A DNA stretch of 63,875 bases, counting the filler, from Blastocystis sp. subtype 4 (Eukaryota): NCBI RefSeq assembly GCF_000743755.1. It is 51 parts of 51 records of this genome, joined end to end, with 100 filler letters (N's around TTAATTAATTAA, not from the genome) between each part and the next. Parts side by side here need not be neighbours in the genome. Positions count along the whole stretch, not along the records: positions 39,283 to 40,320 come from NW_014568570.1; positions 40,421 to 42,406 come from NW_014568569.1; positions 42,507 to 43,551 come from NW_014568568.1; positions 43,652 to 44,684 come from NW_014568567.1; positions 44,785 to 45,816 come from NW_014568566.1; positions 45,917 to 46,938 come from NW_014568565.1; positions 47,039 to 48,069 come from NW_014568564.1; positions 48,170 to 49,887 come from NW_014568563.1; 43 more parts are not named here. The stretch is one strand, 5' to 3'. Both the position numbers and the translations under genes were made by a program. Of the stretch, positions 39,283 through 51,109 are shown piece after piece. The number at the start of each line of letters is the position of its first letter. The first letter of the stretch is position 1. The notes beneath the pieces were generated by a model that made no database searches, was not told the origin of the DNA, and worked only from the letters and a program-made list of their open reading frames with translations.

Positions 39283-40320
39283 TCACAGATTCAAATCATG
39301 AAGAGATCATTCAATTCAATGGATTCTTATCTCTATTGGCTGGAATGAACTCAACCAACAATTGCTTCGTTTATCCTAATAATATTGATGGTCCTGGTGA
39401 TGCTATTAATTGGGACATATCTGGAGCTGGCATTTGGAGTCAACCTATATCATTCATATTTAATTTCTCTGGTTCTTCTATTCCACTCATCAATTCTTAT
39501 CGATTCTACTATTGGGATGCTACATTATCTCCTTCTTCATTCTCTATTGAAGGATCTGTATCAACTGATGACTCTTGGAACATGATTCTCTCTCCATTCA
39601 ATGTTGCTTACACAGGAGATGGATGGAAACAGTTTGATCTTGTTTCTCTTCCTCACAGATATCCTCTTCTTCGATTCACTGCTCATTCATCTTATAGTGG
39701 TTATGTTCTCTTATCAGAACTTCAGTTCCTTGTTTGTAATCGTCCTGTGAGTAGTATTGAGTATCCTGAAACAGAATACTCATTCTACAAGGGTTATCAT
39801 ACCTCTGTTAGTCCGATTCAATATGGATACAGTGATTGTTCGATTCAGCCTTCACTTCCTGATGGAATGAGTATTGATCCCACCACTTGTATCATCTCTG
39901 GTGTATACTGTCACATCAACAATGGTCACTCCTCCTATTCAATCTATTCTCAATCTCACATTCATTCAATGTTCTGGAACTGTCTATAGGATTGATCAGA
40001 TTATTCGTTATGAATATGATCAAATCACTATTCGTGATTCATCCAATGAGAGTATCCTCTATCAGATTCAAGCTGACCATTCTCAGGGATCAAATGGATT
40101 TGAGAGTCATTATCTCTGTATCACTGTCGATCGATTTGATGTCACATTCTCATCTTATTCTTACTCTAGCTCTTATTATCGAATGCATTCTTTGTTGCCT
40201 GATGGTGAAGAGGAGATGGTTGTGAAAGGACGATATGATGCTGATCAGAATAATGTTCATCATCATTATGTTCGTCGTCCTTCTATCAATCATTCAGAAC
40301 AATGGTATTATAAGATGGGT
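39283..40320 (+). pseudogene. Variable surface protein central module, copy 9, with a 26-nt frameshifting deletion
   Basis: Homolog of 3764-4877; deletion between GTAT repeats at about 39903. Confidence 0.7.
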
Positions 40321-40420
40321 NNNNNNNNNNNNNNNNNNNNNNNNNNNNNNNNNNNNNNNNNNNNTTAATTAATTAANNNNNNNNNNNNNNNNNNNNNNNN
40401 NNNNNNNNNNNNNNNNNNNN

Positions 40421-42141
40421 GTTATCTTGATACTTGGTCGATCTCTCCTGCTCTGCCTAATAATCTGGTGTTTGATACTACTACTGGTGTCATTAGTGGT
40501 CGTCTTCAGAATGAAATGAGTGGGGTCCAATTCACTGTGACTGCTTCTAGTAGTTATGGAAGTATTACTGAAACAATTACTATTTCTTCTGTGATTGTGA
40601 ATTGTGAAGCAACTGATGTTTATCCTGCTACAAATCATGGAGACTATGCTATTACTAGTTGTCCTCAGTATTACATTGGTTATGGAATGAGTCAGTGCTT
40701 GGGAGGTGTATTTGAGGAACTTGATTTGACACATTGTGCTGTACGTGAAGCCACTATCTTCACTTATGCCATGTCTTCTCTGTCTGTAAAGACAGGTGTG
40801 GCGATAGAGCCCATGACATTGATGGTGGATTCTTTGTTCACTGGTTTCACAATCTCTCCAGATCTGCCTAATGGTCTGATGTTCTCAGAGGATGGTTCGA
40901 TCTCTGGAACTGCTACTGAACCTTCTACTGTCACTGTGTACACGATTAGTGGTATTAGTGCTGGTGGTAATAAGGAAACAACGTTGAGCATTGAAGTGAT
41001 TGATTACAGTTGTGCTGCTCTGGATTCTTTCTCTGCTGCTGCTAATGGAGCCACATCCTCTTCTACTACAGAGTGTCCTGCATATATGCATGGTACTGCT
41101 ACTCGTCTGTGTACAAATGGTGTGTTTGGACCTATCAATACCTCGAACTGTGTGTATGATGATATCACAGGATTCCACTATACTCCTAGTACCATTAGTG
41201 TGACTTCAGGTGAGGGTATTGTATCTTCAGATCCTGAGTATACTGGTTATGCCAGTTCGTTTATGGCTGTGGGTTCTTTGCCTTCTGGTTTGACTCTGAC
41301 TTCGACTGGTGTTATTGTGGGTGTTCTAAAGGAGACTGGTTCTTTCACCATCACAGTGAGAGCTAGCAATGAGAATTCTCAAGTCACAACCAATCTGGTC
41401 ATCACTGTATCTGCTGTTTCGTGTACTGGTGTGAATGGTATCACTGTTGCCAATGGAGATAGATTGATGGTACAGTGTCCTACAGATATGGAGGGAGAGG
41501 CTTTCCGAACTTGTACAAATGGTGTATTGAGTAGTGTGGATGTGAGTGGTTGTACTTACATGGTACCTAGCAATTTGACTTATGCAACTACTGTCTTTGT
41601 GATGACTACTGAGCATTCTTATGTGATTCCTCGTCCTGGTGTTGAGCATGTTGTGTCTGAATTCTCTGTGGAACCTGAACTTCCTAGTGGTTTGGTTCTT
41701 GAGACTAATGGACGTATTCAAGGTACTCCTACTACTGCTACTGCTACTGCCGATTATGTGGTGACTGCTAGTAATGAGAAAGGAAGTTGTACAGCCACTT
41801 TAACGATTACAGTTGAGTTGCCCAAGTGTGATGCCATGAAAGATTTCCCTGCTACAACAGTTGGTGAGAGTTACACTCTGGATTGTACAACGATTGAAGG
41901 TTATAAGGGAACGAGTACACGTACTTGTGTTGAGGCTGGAATTGGTCTGGCAAAGTGGGATAAACCTTCTTTCTGTATTGAGAGCAAGATGGATTTGTCC
42001 TTCGTGATCGGGATCATTCTGATTATTGTTGGTATGATCATAGTAGTACTGACAGTAATCTCAGTAAGCAAGACAAACAATGTGTCGCCACATCCTGTTT
42101 ATGTGTATGATCTAGTGTATCATATGGAAATACCAATGTAG
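40421..42141 (+). CDS. Surface protein C-terminal stalk: alternating He_PIG-type Ig and Cys-rich repeats, then a transmembrane helix (type I membrane protein), partial
   Basis: LPxGLxxxxxGxIxGTP Ig repeats, CPxxxxGxxxRxCxNG repeats, TM FVIGIILIIVGMIIVVLTVISV. Confidence 0.8.
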
Positions 42142-42506
42142 TTATAGTTGATACACCTTCTTATGAACTAACGTCTATTAGGTGATTTCTGTTCAGAATA
42201 CTAATAGTAATAACAAACATAACAAAGGACAAAACCATACCACGAAACTCTAATACACCCTTTGACTCTATCATTATACCTCTTCCTGATTAGGATTCAA
42301 TAAACTCTCTTGTTCTTGTTCCTGTTCCTGATCAACATTCCACTGATCATATAGATTCTTTATTTGTGTTCTATTAGTTAGTACTCCATATCATACCCAC
42401 ATAAGTNNNNNNNNNNNNNNNNNNNNNNNNNNNNNNNNNNNNNNNNNNNNTTAATTAATTAANNNNNNNNNNNNNNNNNNNNNNNNNNNNNNNNNNNNNN
42501 NNNNNN

Positions 42507-43551
42507 AATCTATCTCCATTGGCAACAGTGATACCATTCACACCAGTACACGAAACAGCAGATACAGTGATGACCAGATTGGTTGTGACTTGAGAATTCT
42601 CATTGATAGCTCTCACTGTGATGGTGAAAGAACCAGTCTCCTTTAGAACACCCACAATAACACCAGTTGAAGTCAGAGTCAAACCAGAAGGCAAAGAACC
42701 CACAGCCATAAACGAACTGGCATAACCAGTATACTCAGGATCTGAAGATACAATACCCTCACCTGAAGTCACACTAATGGTACTAGGAGTATAGTGGAAT
42801 CCTGTGATATCATCATACACACAGTTCGAGGTATTGATAGGTCCAAACACACCATTCGTACACAGACGAGTAGCAGTACCATGCATATATGTAGGACACT
42901 CTGTAGTAGAAGAGGATGTAGCTCCATTAGCAGCAGCAGGGAAAGAATCCAGAGCAGCACAACTGTAATCAATCACTTCAATGCTCAACGTTGTTTCCTT
43001 ATTACCACCAGCACTAATACCACTAATCGTGTACACAGTGACAGTAGAAGGTTCAGTAGCAGTTCCAGAGATCGAACCATCCTCTGAGAACATCAGACCA
43101 TTAGGCAGATCTGGAGAGATTGTGAAACCAGTGAACAAAGAATCCACCATCAATGTCATTGGCTCTATCGTCACACCTATCTTTACAGACAGAGAAGACA
43201 TGGCATAAGTGAAGATAGTGGCTTCACGTACAACACAATGTGTCAGATCAAGTTCCTCAAACACACCTCCCAAGCACTGACTCATTCCATAACTAATGTA
43301 ATACTGAGGACAACTAGTAATAGCATACTCTCCATGATTTGTAGCAGGATAAACATCAGTTGCTTCACAATTCACAATCACAGAAGAAATGATAATCGCT
43401 GCACTCATACTTCCATAACTACTAGAAGCAGTCACAGTGAATTTGACTTCATTCATTTCATTCTGAAGACGACCACTAATGACACCAGTAGTAGTATCAA
43501 ACACCAGATTATTAGGCAGAGCAGGAGAGATCGACCAAGTATCAAGATAAC
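42507..43551 (-). CDS. Near-identical paralog or allele of the 40421 stalk, partial
   Basis: Same start point and only scattered substitutions relative to 40421-41465. Confidence 0.8.
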
Positions 43552-43651
43552 NNNNNNNNNNNNNNNNNNNNNNNNNNNNNNNNNNNNNNNNNNNNTTAAT
43601 TAATTAANNNNNNNNNNNNNNNNNNNNNNNNNNNNNNNNNNNNNNNNNNNN

Positions 43652-44684
43652 AATAGTCTGAGTTCATTGAGTCATTCGTGAGGAATTGAGTGTTAATTGA
43701 TGACTAGATACACAGTGAATAATCGCAATACCTTGTTGAGTATTCCTTGGTATGTAACTGTACTGACTGTAACTGACAATTCATGTAATGAAGATAACAT
43801 TAATGTAGTTGATTTGAGTTCATTCAAGTTTCTTCGAAGTGTTGTGATTGGTAATAACTGTTTCCATTATGTGCAGGTGTTCTCGATAGTTGGACTCAAT
43901 TGGCTTGAATCAGTCAGTATTGGTTATAGAAGTTTTGATAGCAGTACTTTGGTGGATGGAAGTCAGTTCAAGATTGTGAATTGTCCACAATTGAAGAGTT
44001 TGAGTATTGGTGGTTGGTCGTTTGGTCGATACAATGGATTTGAATTGTCTCAATTGCCTCAACTGAAATCTGTAGTAGTGAGTCATTATAATAATGGTTA
44101 TGGGACTTATTATGGTTCTTTTGTTTATACTCGTAATGCAGTATTCAGAGGTATGAATGATGGAAGAGATGGATTGTAGACCTGCCATCATTGGAGACTA
44201 TTGATCTAGGAAATGATGTCTTCCAGAATGCAGAATATGTAGTATTTGAAAGTATGTGGTAATAGGAATTGAACATATCAGATCTTCCTAAGTTGACAGT
44301 GTTACGATTACGGAGTTATTGCTTGGTTGGTTCGACTTCTACAAAGACAACTGATGTAATTCCCTATTACTATAAGAATACTCTTATCATGAGGAGCATG
44401 TATGTTAACAGTTCTAATCATCAGATCTACCATCTTTGACAATAAGCATTAGTGCTGATGTGTTTGAGAATATGGGTTTTGTAAGGTTAGAAAGTATCAC
44501 ATTTGGAACTATCAAACAATAGATGTTAGATCACCTCTCCCTTTCAGTATTGAAAATTCTAACCCATTCCAATACACTCACACTCTTGAAGTGAATAGTT
44601 GATGATTGTATTGTTGATTCAGATGTAGATGCATCTAGTCTTGCTCAGTTGATATCATCCAGAAGTGTTTATGTGAAAGCAACA
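43652..44684 (+). CDS. Variable LRR protein family A, partial
   Basis: Homolog of 14106-15209. Confidence 0.8.
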
Positions 44685-44784
44685 NNNNNNNNNNNNNNNN
44701 NNNNNNNNNNNNNNNNNNNNNNNNNNNNTTAATTAATTAANNNNNNNNNNNNNNNNNNNNNNNNNNNNNNNNNNNNNNNNNNNN

Positions 44785-45816
44785 CTATCGATTTCAATTC
44801 TTTCATTTCTTATCAATCTGGCATTTCTACTGATAATCCTTGTTCTGTTTATCCTCATTCTATCTCTTCTTCTGGTTCCATGACTAATCCTTCATATGCG
44901 TTTGATTACAGTTGGAATTATCGTGCATATATCTCTTCTTCTTCTCTTCCTGCCTATGTGATTGGTTCATTTGGAACTATCATTCCTCTTATCAATTCTA
45001 TTCGATTATATACTCTTGATTATCCAGATCAATCTCCATCTTCATTCATTGTGTCAGGAAGTGATTCTGATTCTTCTTGGACTACTCTATTGACTCAATC
45101 TGGTCAGACTTATAATCGATACTCATGGAAACAATGGTCATTGAATTCTCCTTCACAATTCTGTCAATTCTGTTAAATCAACTGATTATGCCTTTATCTA
45201 TGAACTTCAATTCATGACATGTAATCAACCAAGTACTCTTTCTCTTCCTCAATCTTCCTATTCATTCTACGTATGCGATTCACTTATGCTGACAATTGAT
45301 ATGAATGGAATCACAAACTGTATGATATCTCCTTCTCTTCCTCAAGGACTCATTCTCAATCCTTCTTCTTGTACTATCTCTGGATCTCTCTCTTCCTCCT
45401 ATTCATCTCTTCATACAATCACTGCTATATCTGGATTTAACACTTTCATCCGTATTGTATCAATTGAGATTGTTTCTCTCATCTCATATCCTCAAACCAA
45501 TCTCATCATTGGTCAAGGAGTTCCATTCTCTATCACTCCCAATCTCACCAAAGTCTCTACTATTTCCATTGTCTCAGGATCACTTCCTATTGGTCTATCT
45601 ATCAATCCATCAACTGGAGTCATCAATTCCTTCTAAGTCAGTATCAGCTCAATCAGTCACAATCGAAGCAGTGAATGGAACAGCAATTGAAACTGTTGTT
45701 CTTTCATTCACTGTTCAATTCATTCCTTCATCTGATTTCATAGCATCTTCAGATTGGGATTCAATTCCTCTCAATGTCCAATCTCTCATCTTTGATTCAA
45801 ACAGTTTCCCCGATAT
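44785..45816 (+). pseudogene. Divergent family member: discoidin-like + two Ig repeats + start of an LRR-like region, frameshifted
   Basis: IIPLINSIRLY..PSSFIVSG; SPSLPQGLILNPSSCTISG; SGSLPIGLSINPSTGVI; ends DWDSIPLNVQSLIFDSNSFP. Confidence 0.55.
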
Positions 45817-45916
45817 NNNNNNNNNNNNNNNNNNNNNNNNNNNNNNNNNNNNNNNNNNNNTTAATTAATTAANNNNNNNNNNNNNNNNNNNNNNNNNNNN
45901 NNNNNNNNNNNNNNNN

Positions 45917-46409
45917 ATAACTCACATCCTTCCAATTGTCTGAAACACTGTTTGTGTACTTCCAACTATCATTCTTGTTGATAGGAGAATACAGAGAGAA
46001 CTGTTCTGTTTGAACACTATCTTCAGCCATCATTCCCTTGTACACAATGTTTCCATTCATTCCTTCTATCTCAATCCAAGCACCAACAGACCATGAATAA
46101 CCACCAGAATCCTTCATAACAAGAGTGAATATGTGATTAGAAGAAGCATTCAAACAGACTTCATACACATATTCTTGATTGTCTAAGAATGAAGAAGAAG
46201 TGAATAGAACAGAAGAACCAGACACAATCTCAAAGGACTCTTGAAAAGCATCATAATCGCCAGTTTTCTTAGTAATCTTAACATAATCTTGATTAGATGA
46301 ACATTGAATAGAGTGAGAAAGGATAACTAGAAATGAGAGTAGAATCAAGAATGAAACAGAATGTGAAGAATAGAATGAGATGATTGATACTACAATCAAC
46401 AACAATCAT
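45917..46409 (-). CDS. Variable surface protein N-terminal module, partial
   Basis: Homolog of 1261-1800. Confidence 0.7.
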
Positions 46410-46659
46410 AACAAATAGGGGTGAAGAAATAAACGGATGAGAATTAATGAAATGATAACTAATTGATGTGATTGGGACTGAGAAAGATTATAAGATATGA
46501 ATAGAATAGATATGACATGAGAGTGTAGATACAAATGGAAATAATAGATGTATGTAATGGTGAATGAATGATGATAATGATATCCCCGTGATTGTATTCA
46601 GTAATAATGATGATGAATGAAATGTGTTGTTGAAAGGGGTTAGTGATAGAAATAAAAAC

Positions 46660-46778
46660 AAGAACGGTCATATCTAGTGGAAAGCGCCCTAACCCGTCTG
46701 ATCTAGGAAGCTAAGTCATTACGAGTTGAGTTAGTACCAGTGTGGGGGACCCGCTGAGAAGTCTCAATGCTGTTCTTT
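46660..46778 (+). rRNA. 5S rRNA gene
   Basis: About 119 nt; helix I AAGAACGGT/GCTGTTCTT; conserved CCCGTCTGATCT, GAAGCTAAG and GTTAGTAC..TGGGGGACC motifs; T-run terminator. Confidence 0.88.
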
Positions 46779-47038
46779 TCTCCTTATTCTATCAATATTG
46801 GAATGAGTGTCATCACTCTACTGTTGAACTAAAAGGGTAGTAAACGCGTTGAGGTTGGCTTAGAACTCACTCCATACTGAGAAACAGGAATAAGATCATA
46901 AATAACAACAACATTGGTATTCATTTCTCTAATTCATTNNNNNNNNNNNNNNNNNNNNNNNNNNNNNNNNNNNNNNNNNNNNTTAATTAATTAANNNNNN
47001 NNNNNNNNNNNNNNNNNNNNNNNNNNNNNNNNNNNNNN

Positions 47039-48069
47039 GAAAGATGAAGTATTGTGGTTGTTATTATGATGGATTGAAGAATGGATATGGATTATTGTAT
47101 GATCGAAATGGAATGATTGAATATGAAGGACTATTCAGAGATGATGTTGTTATTGATGTTAATGATGATATGAGAATGAAATGGATTAATGATTGTGAAT
47201 TGATTGTTACTAGTTGTATTGAATCTCTGATTATTGATGATCATTTCAATCGACCTGATATATCATCATTGATACTGAACAATTCATTGATATCATTGAA
47301 ACGAATTGACATTGGAAAGGGTTGTTTTACGGAAATAGATCGATTTGTGATTGATGGATTGAATGAATTGGAGAGTTTGATCATTGAAGAGGGGAGCTTT
47401 ACTCTCCATGATGAGAATAGTAGAGGAAGCTCATGTTTGATAATGAATTGTGATCAATTGAGTGAAATCCATATTGAAGATTGGTCATTCTATTGGTATG
47501 AATCATTTGAATGTAAGAATCTTCCTTCTCTTATATCTATTCAATTGGATAAGAGCGTATTCTATTGGTGTCATGGGGTAGTATTTGATAGTTTGAATGA
47601 TTGACTAATTGATGAATGAGATCTGGTTCGACTTCAATCCATCACTCTTGGAACATGGGCACTTGATGGTGATGAATATAGTGTTGAATCAAATGAATTG
47701 ATAATGAAGAGTATGAATGATGATAATTGATTGATGAGATCTTCCTTCTCTATCACTGATTAAAGGAAACTATGGTAATTTCTGTCGTATAGGCAAAGTT
47801 CAATTGGAAAGTAATGATTGATGATTGTATTTGAATTAGACATTTCATCACTGAGTGAAGAAGGAATTGAGATGGAATACAGAGATAAACCATTTGAAGG
47901 GGTAAGAGAATTGCATAGTTCAAGTATGATTGATTGATTGTTAATGAATGAGATGCTGATTGTCTTGATAGATTCATTCGGCAGCAAAATGAGTATCTAC
48001 TGGTGATAGATGAAGAATACGATTCTAGTAAAGCAAAACGATTTGAATATGCAAATGCACATGATTTGA
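47039..48069 (+). CDS. MORN-like repeat + LRR protein family B, partial
   Basis: KYCGCYYDGLKNGYGLLYDRNGMIEYEGLF (MORN-like) followed by family B LRRs with phase-1 introns. Confidence 0.7.
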
Positions 48070-48169
48070 NNNNNNNNNNNNNNNNNNNNNNNNNNNNNNN
48101 NNNNNNNNNNNNNTTAATTAATTAANNNNNNNNNNNNNNNNNNNNNNNNNNNNNNNNNNNNNNNNNNNN

Positions 48170-49887
48170 CGACGAATTGCGAAAGGAACGCAAAGAACAT
48201 AGAGACCAATTAAAGCAATTGGAATACACATGAGAAGAGTAACAGCATGATAAGAATATTCTGGTTTCAATTGATACAACCACCCTGATAGCAAAGGACC
48301 AAGGAATGCACCCAGACCATACATTCCAGACATAACACAATAGAGGCCAGCAGGATTCTTTGTGAAGAGAATGACAGCAAGAGCACATCATCTAATGCTC
48401 CCAAAATATTCGTTCCAATAAACTGGGTGATCATAATTAACCAGAATTTGTCAGTGAAAGCAGTACCAACACAACCCAAAATGGAAATCACGAAAGAGAG
48501 AACAAATGGAATCTTGAATCCAACATATTGAATCATAATTGCAGTTAAACAGGCCCAAATGAGATATGAGAATTGACCCATACTTTCGAGGGCTCCATAC
48601 TCTACATATGAGATCTGTTTTCATGAGAGGATACGTTACAGACCTCATCGTGTCTGCAAGTCCATTAGCTATCACACACAAAAAAAGAGTAATCGTGAGA
48701 AGCCAGAAGGCAGTCTTCGATATAGTGTTCTCTTCTGAAGGGACAGCTACTTTAGTTTCAGTGTTGTTATTACTGGACTCGACAGGAGCAATAGTTTGAC
48801 GTATTTTCACTCATGAAGACAAAATCGATTCTTTACGGAGCGCAAAATACCTTTTTGAACCAGGGGATCCAATGGATTCAATTAATAATATTGTTACTAG
48901 CTACTGATTGGATGATATGGAACCGGCGTTATGGCCAGATTAGAATAGAGAGTCTAGAAGAATGGAGGAATATACGAAATTGGAAGTAGATGAAATAAGG
49001 AGTTGGATAGTTCTTAATGGAAATGGACTGTGAAGAGAGAAGCAACTCAAGTCTTGAGAAGAAATTGGATTCAAAGAAGATAAACGAAGTTAAAAAACAA
49101 CAATTCTATTAGTTTACATCAAATTAGTGGTTGTAGGAAAGAAGCAGAGTAGGTCTTAAACAAATACTATAAACTTCACCATTTAACAAAGCTTCTTGTT
49201 CTTTCTTTTCCTTTCTTCTTGTTAAGATATGGAAATAGATGAACATCAACAAACCCAGAAGACCTCCAGGTACAGACATCCAATAAGCATATTGAGGTCC
49301 ATAACGCTCATTCATTACTCCCAATCCATATTGAATAACCATTCCAACCAAAGACTGAAGAGGCAATAAACAAGCCACAGGAATTGAAGATTCCTTTCCC
49401 CAATAATGTGTGTATGCGATAATAAATGTAGGCCAGAATAAGGAAACAAAGAATCCTAAGAAAGGAAGAATGTAGATTCCCGTTTTGCCTGCTAAGAAAC
49501 CAATCACATAGATGAGAGTACCAATTGGAATGATGATATATTCCATTTTGAATGGTCCTACTCGATCTGTGATGAAACCACCAACNNAAGCAGAAGTAGA
49601 AGCGAGAATTGAGAGCAGCTCCATCTTCATCTGTTAGATGAAGAACATCTTTCACATACATTGTACCCCAACTCAAAGTACCACGTTCTGCTGTAGCCAT
49701 GAAGTTTAACATGATAGCACAATACCAAATGAGAGGAGAACGCAAACAAGACCAAACGTTAATGGAACTGTTTGGTTTTGTTTGAGGACGACGAATTGCG
49801 AAAGGAACGCAAAGAACATAGAGACCAATTAAAGCAATTGGAATACACATGAGAAGAGTAACAGCATGATAAGAATATTCTGGTTTC
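48170..49887 (-). CDS. MFS transporter; contig holds the 3' half of one tandem copy (49171-49887) and the 5' half of the next (48170-48810), with frameshifts
   Basis: Multiple TM helices, GGFITDRVG motif A, YGLGAFLGPLLSG; 48170-48268 equals 49789-49887. Confidence 0.75.
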
Positions 49888-49987
49888 NNNNNNNNNNNNN
49901 NNNNNNNNNNNNNNNNNNNNNNNNNNNNNNNTTAATTAATTAANNNNNNNNNNNNNNNNNNNNNNNNNNNNNNNNNNNNNNNNNNNN

Positions 49988-50902
49988 TTGATGCCATTTC
50001 CCTTAGGAAGAGAGACCATGGGTTCAGCTCCCTCACCAATCACGAACACATTGGAGAGACGAGTGGCGAACTCATGTCCAGCAGCATCTCTCACATGGAC
50101 AATATCGAAGGAACCGAAGTGGCGATCACGACGAACAATCACACCCACACGTCCAGTGTTGTGTCCCTTTGTGATGAAACACAGATTACCAGCTTCGAAC
50201 TTCACATGACCCACAATCTTGTTCGTTCGCAGATCAACCTTCACCGTATCGTTCACCTTCACCATAGGATCAGGATAACGAATAGTGCGAGCATCATGAG
50301 TCACAATGAAAGGAATCTTCTTAGACGACAGTTGACGCTTCACAACCTTGCACAGCTTGAACTACACATTATCACTCTCAATCATACACACTCCAGCCTC
50401 CTTCTCGTCAATGCGGTGGAGAACGAAACGACCCTTCACATCATACAACAGACGGAAGCGATCGCTAGAACCTTCCAGAGTCACAACATCTACAGTCTCA
50501 ACAACACTACACACACCTTACCCATGAAACCAGCAGGGAAAGTAGAGTCAGTACGCACCTTTCCGTCCACCTTCACAAGACGCTGCATGCAAATCATCTT
50601 CACCTCGTGATTTGTCAGAGCATACTTCAGACGGTTACGGATGATCAGAAGAAGAGGAAGACACTCTCTCATCTTATGAGGACCACAACTGGGATGAGGA
50701 GCCCACACACCTCCCATCTTGTTAAGCATCCAGTGCTTAGGGGCATTCAAACGCTTCAAATGCTTCTTAGGGCCGCGAGTCTACAGAGATATTACAAATG
50801 AAGTTCAAGAGTCTAGGAAACCCAACTTCCTTGAAAGCAATCACAATCACATTCATGGATTTGGGACAAACGTATCAGGAGTAGAAGACACAAACATACC
50901 AT
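49988..50902 (-). CDS. RPS4: 40S ribosomal protein S4 (eS4), 3' truncated
   Basis: [58 protein letters not shown] alone before a 119-nt intron. Confidence 0.97.
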
Positions 50903-51109
50903 ATTGGAGTAAGAATTCTGCTCTTGGAATTGTGAAGCAGAGAATCGAATTGATACACCTTGATTGATAATAAGCCTACAATTTTTAGAGATTAGTCATT
51001 TTACCCCTTNNNNNNNNNNNNNNNNNNNNNNNNNNNNNNNNNNNNNNNNNNNNTTAATTAATTAANNNNNNNNNNNNNNNNNNNNNNNNNNNNNNNNNNN
51101 NNNNNNNNN

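Noticed and set aside
3764..40320. Diversity-generating retroelement as the source of hypervariability
   Set aside because: Variable windows contain indels and changes at all bases, not adenine-only substitutions; no reverse transcriptase or template repeat is visible.
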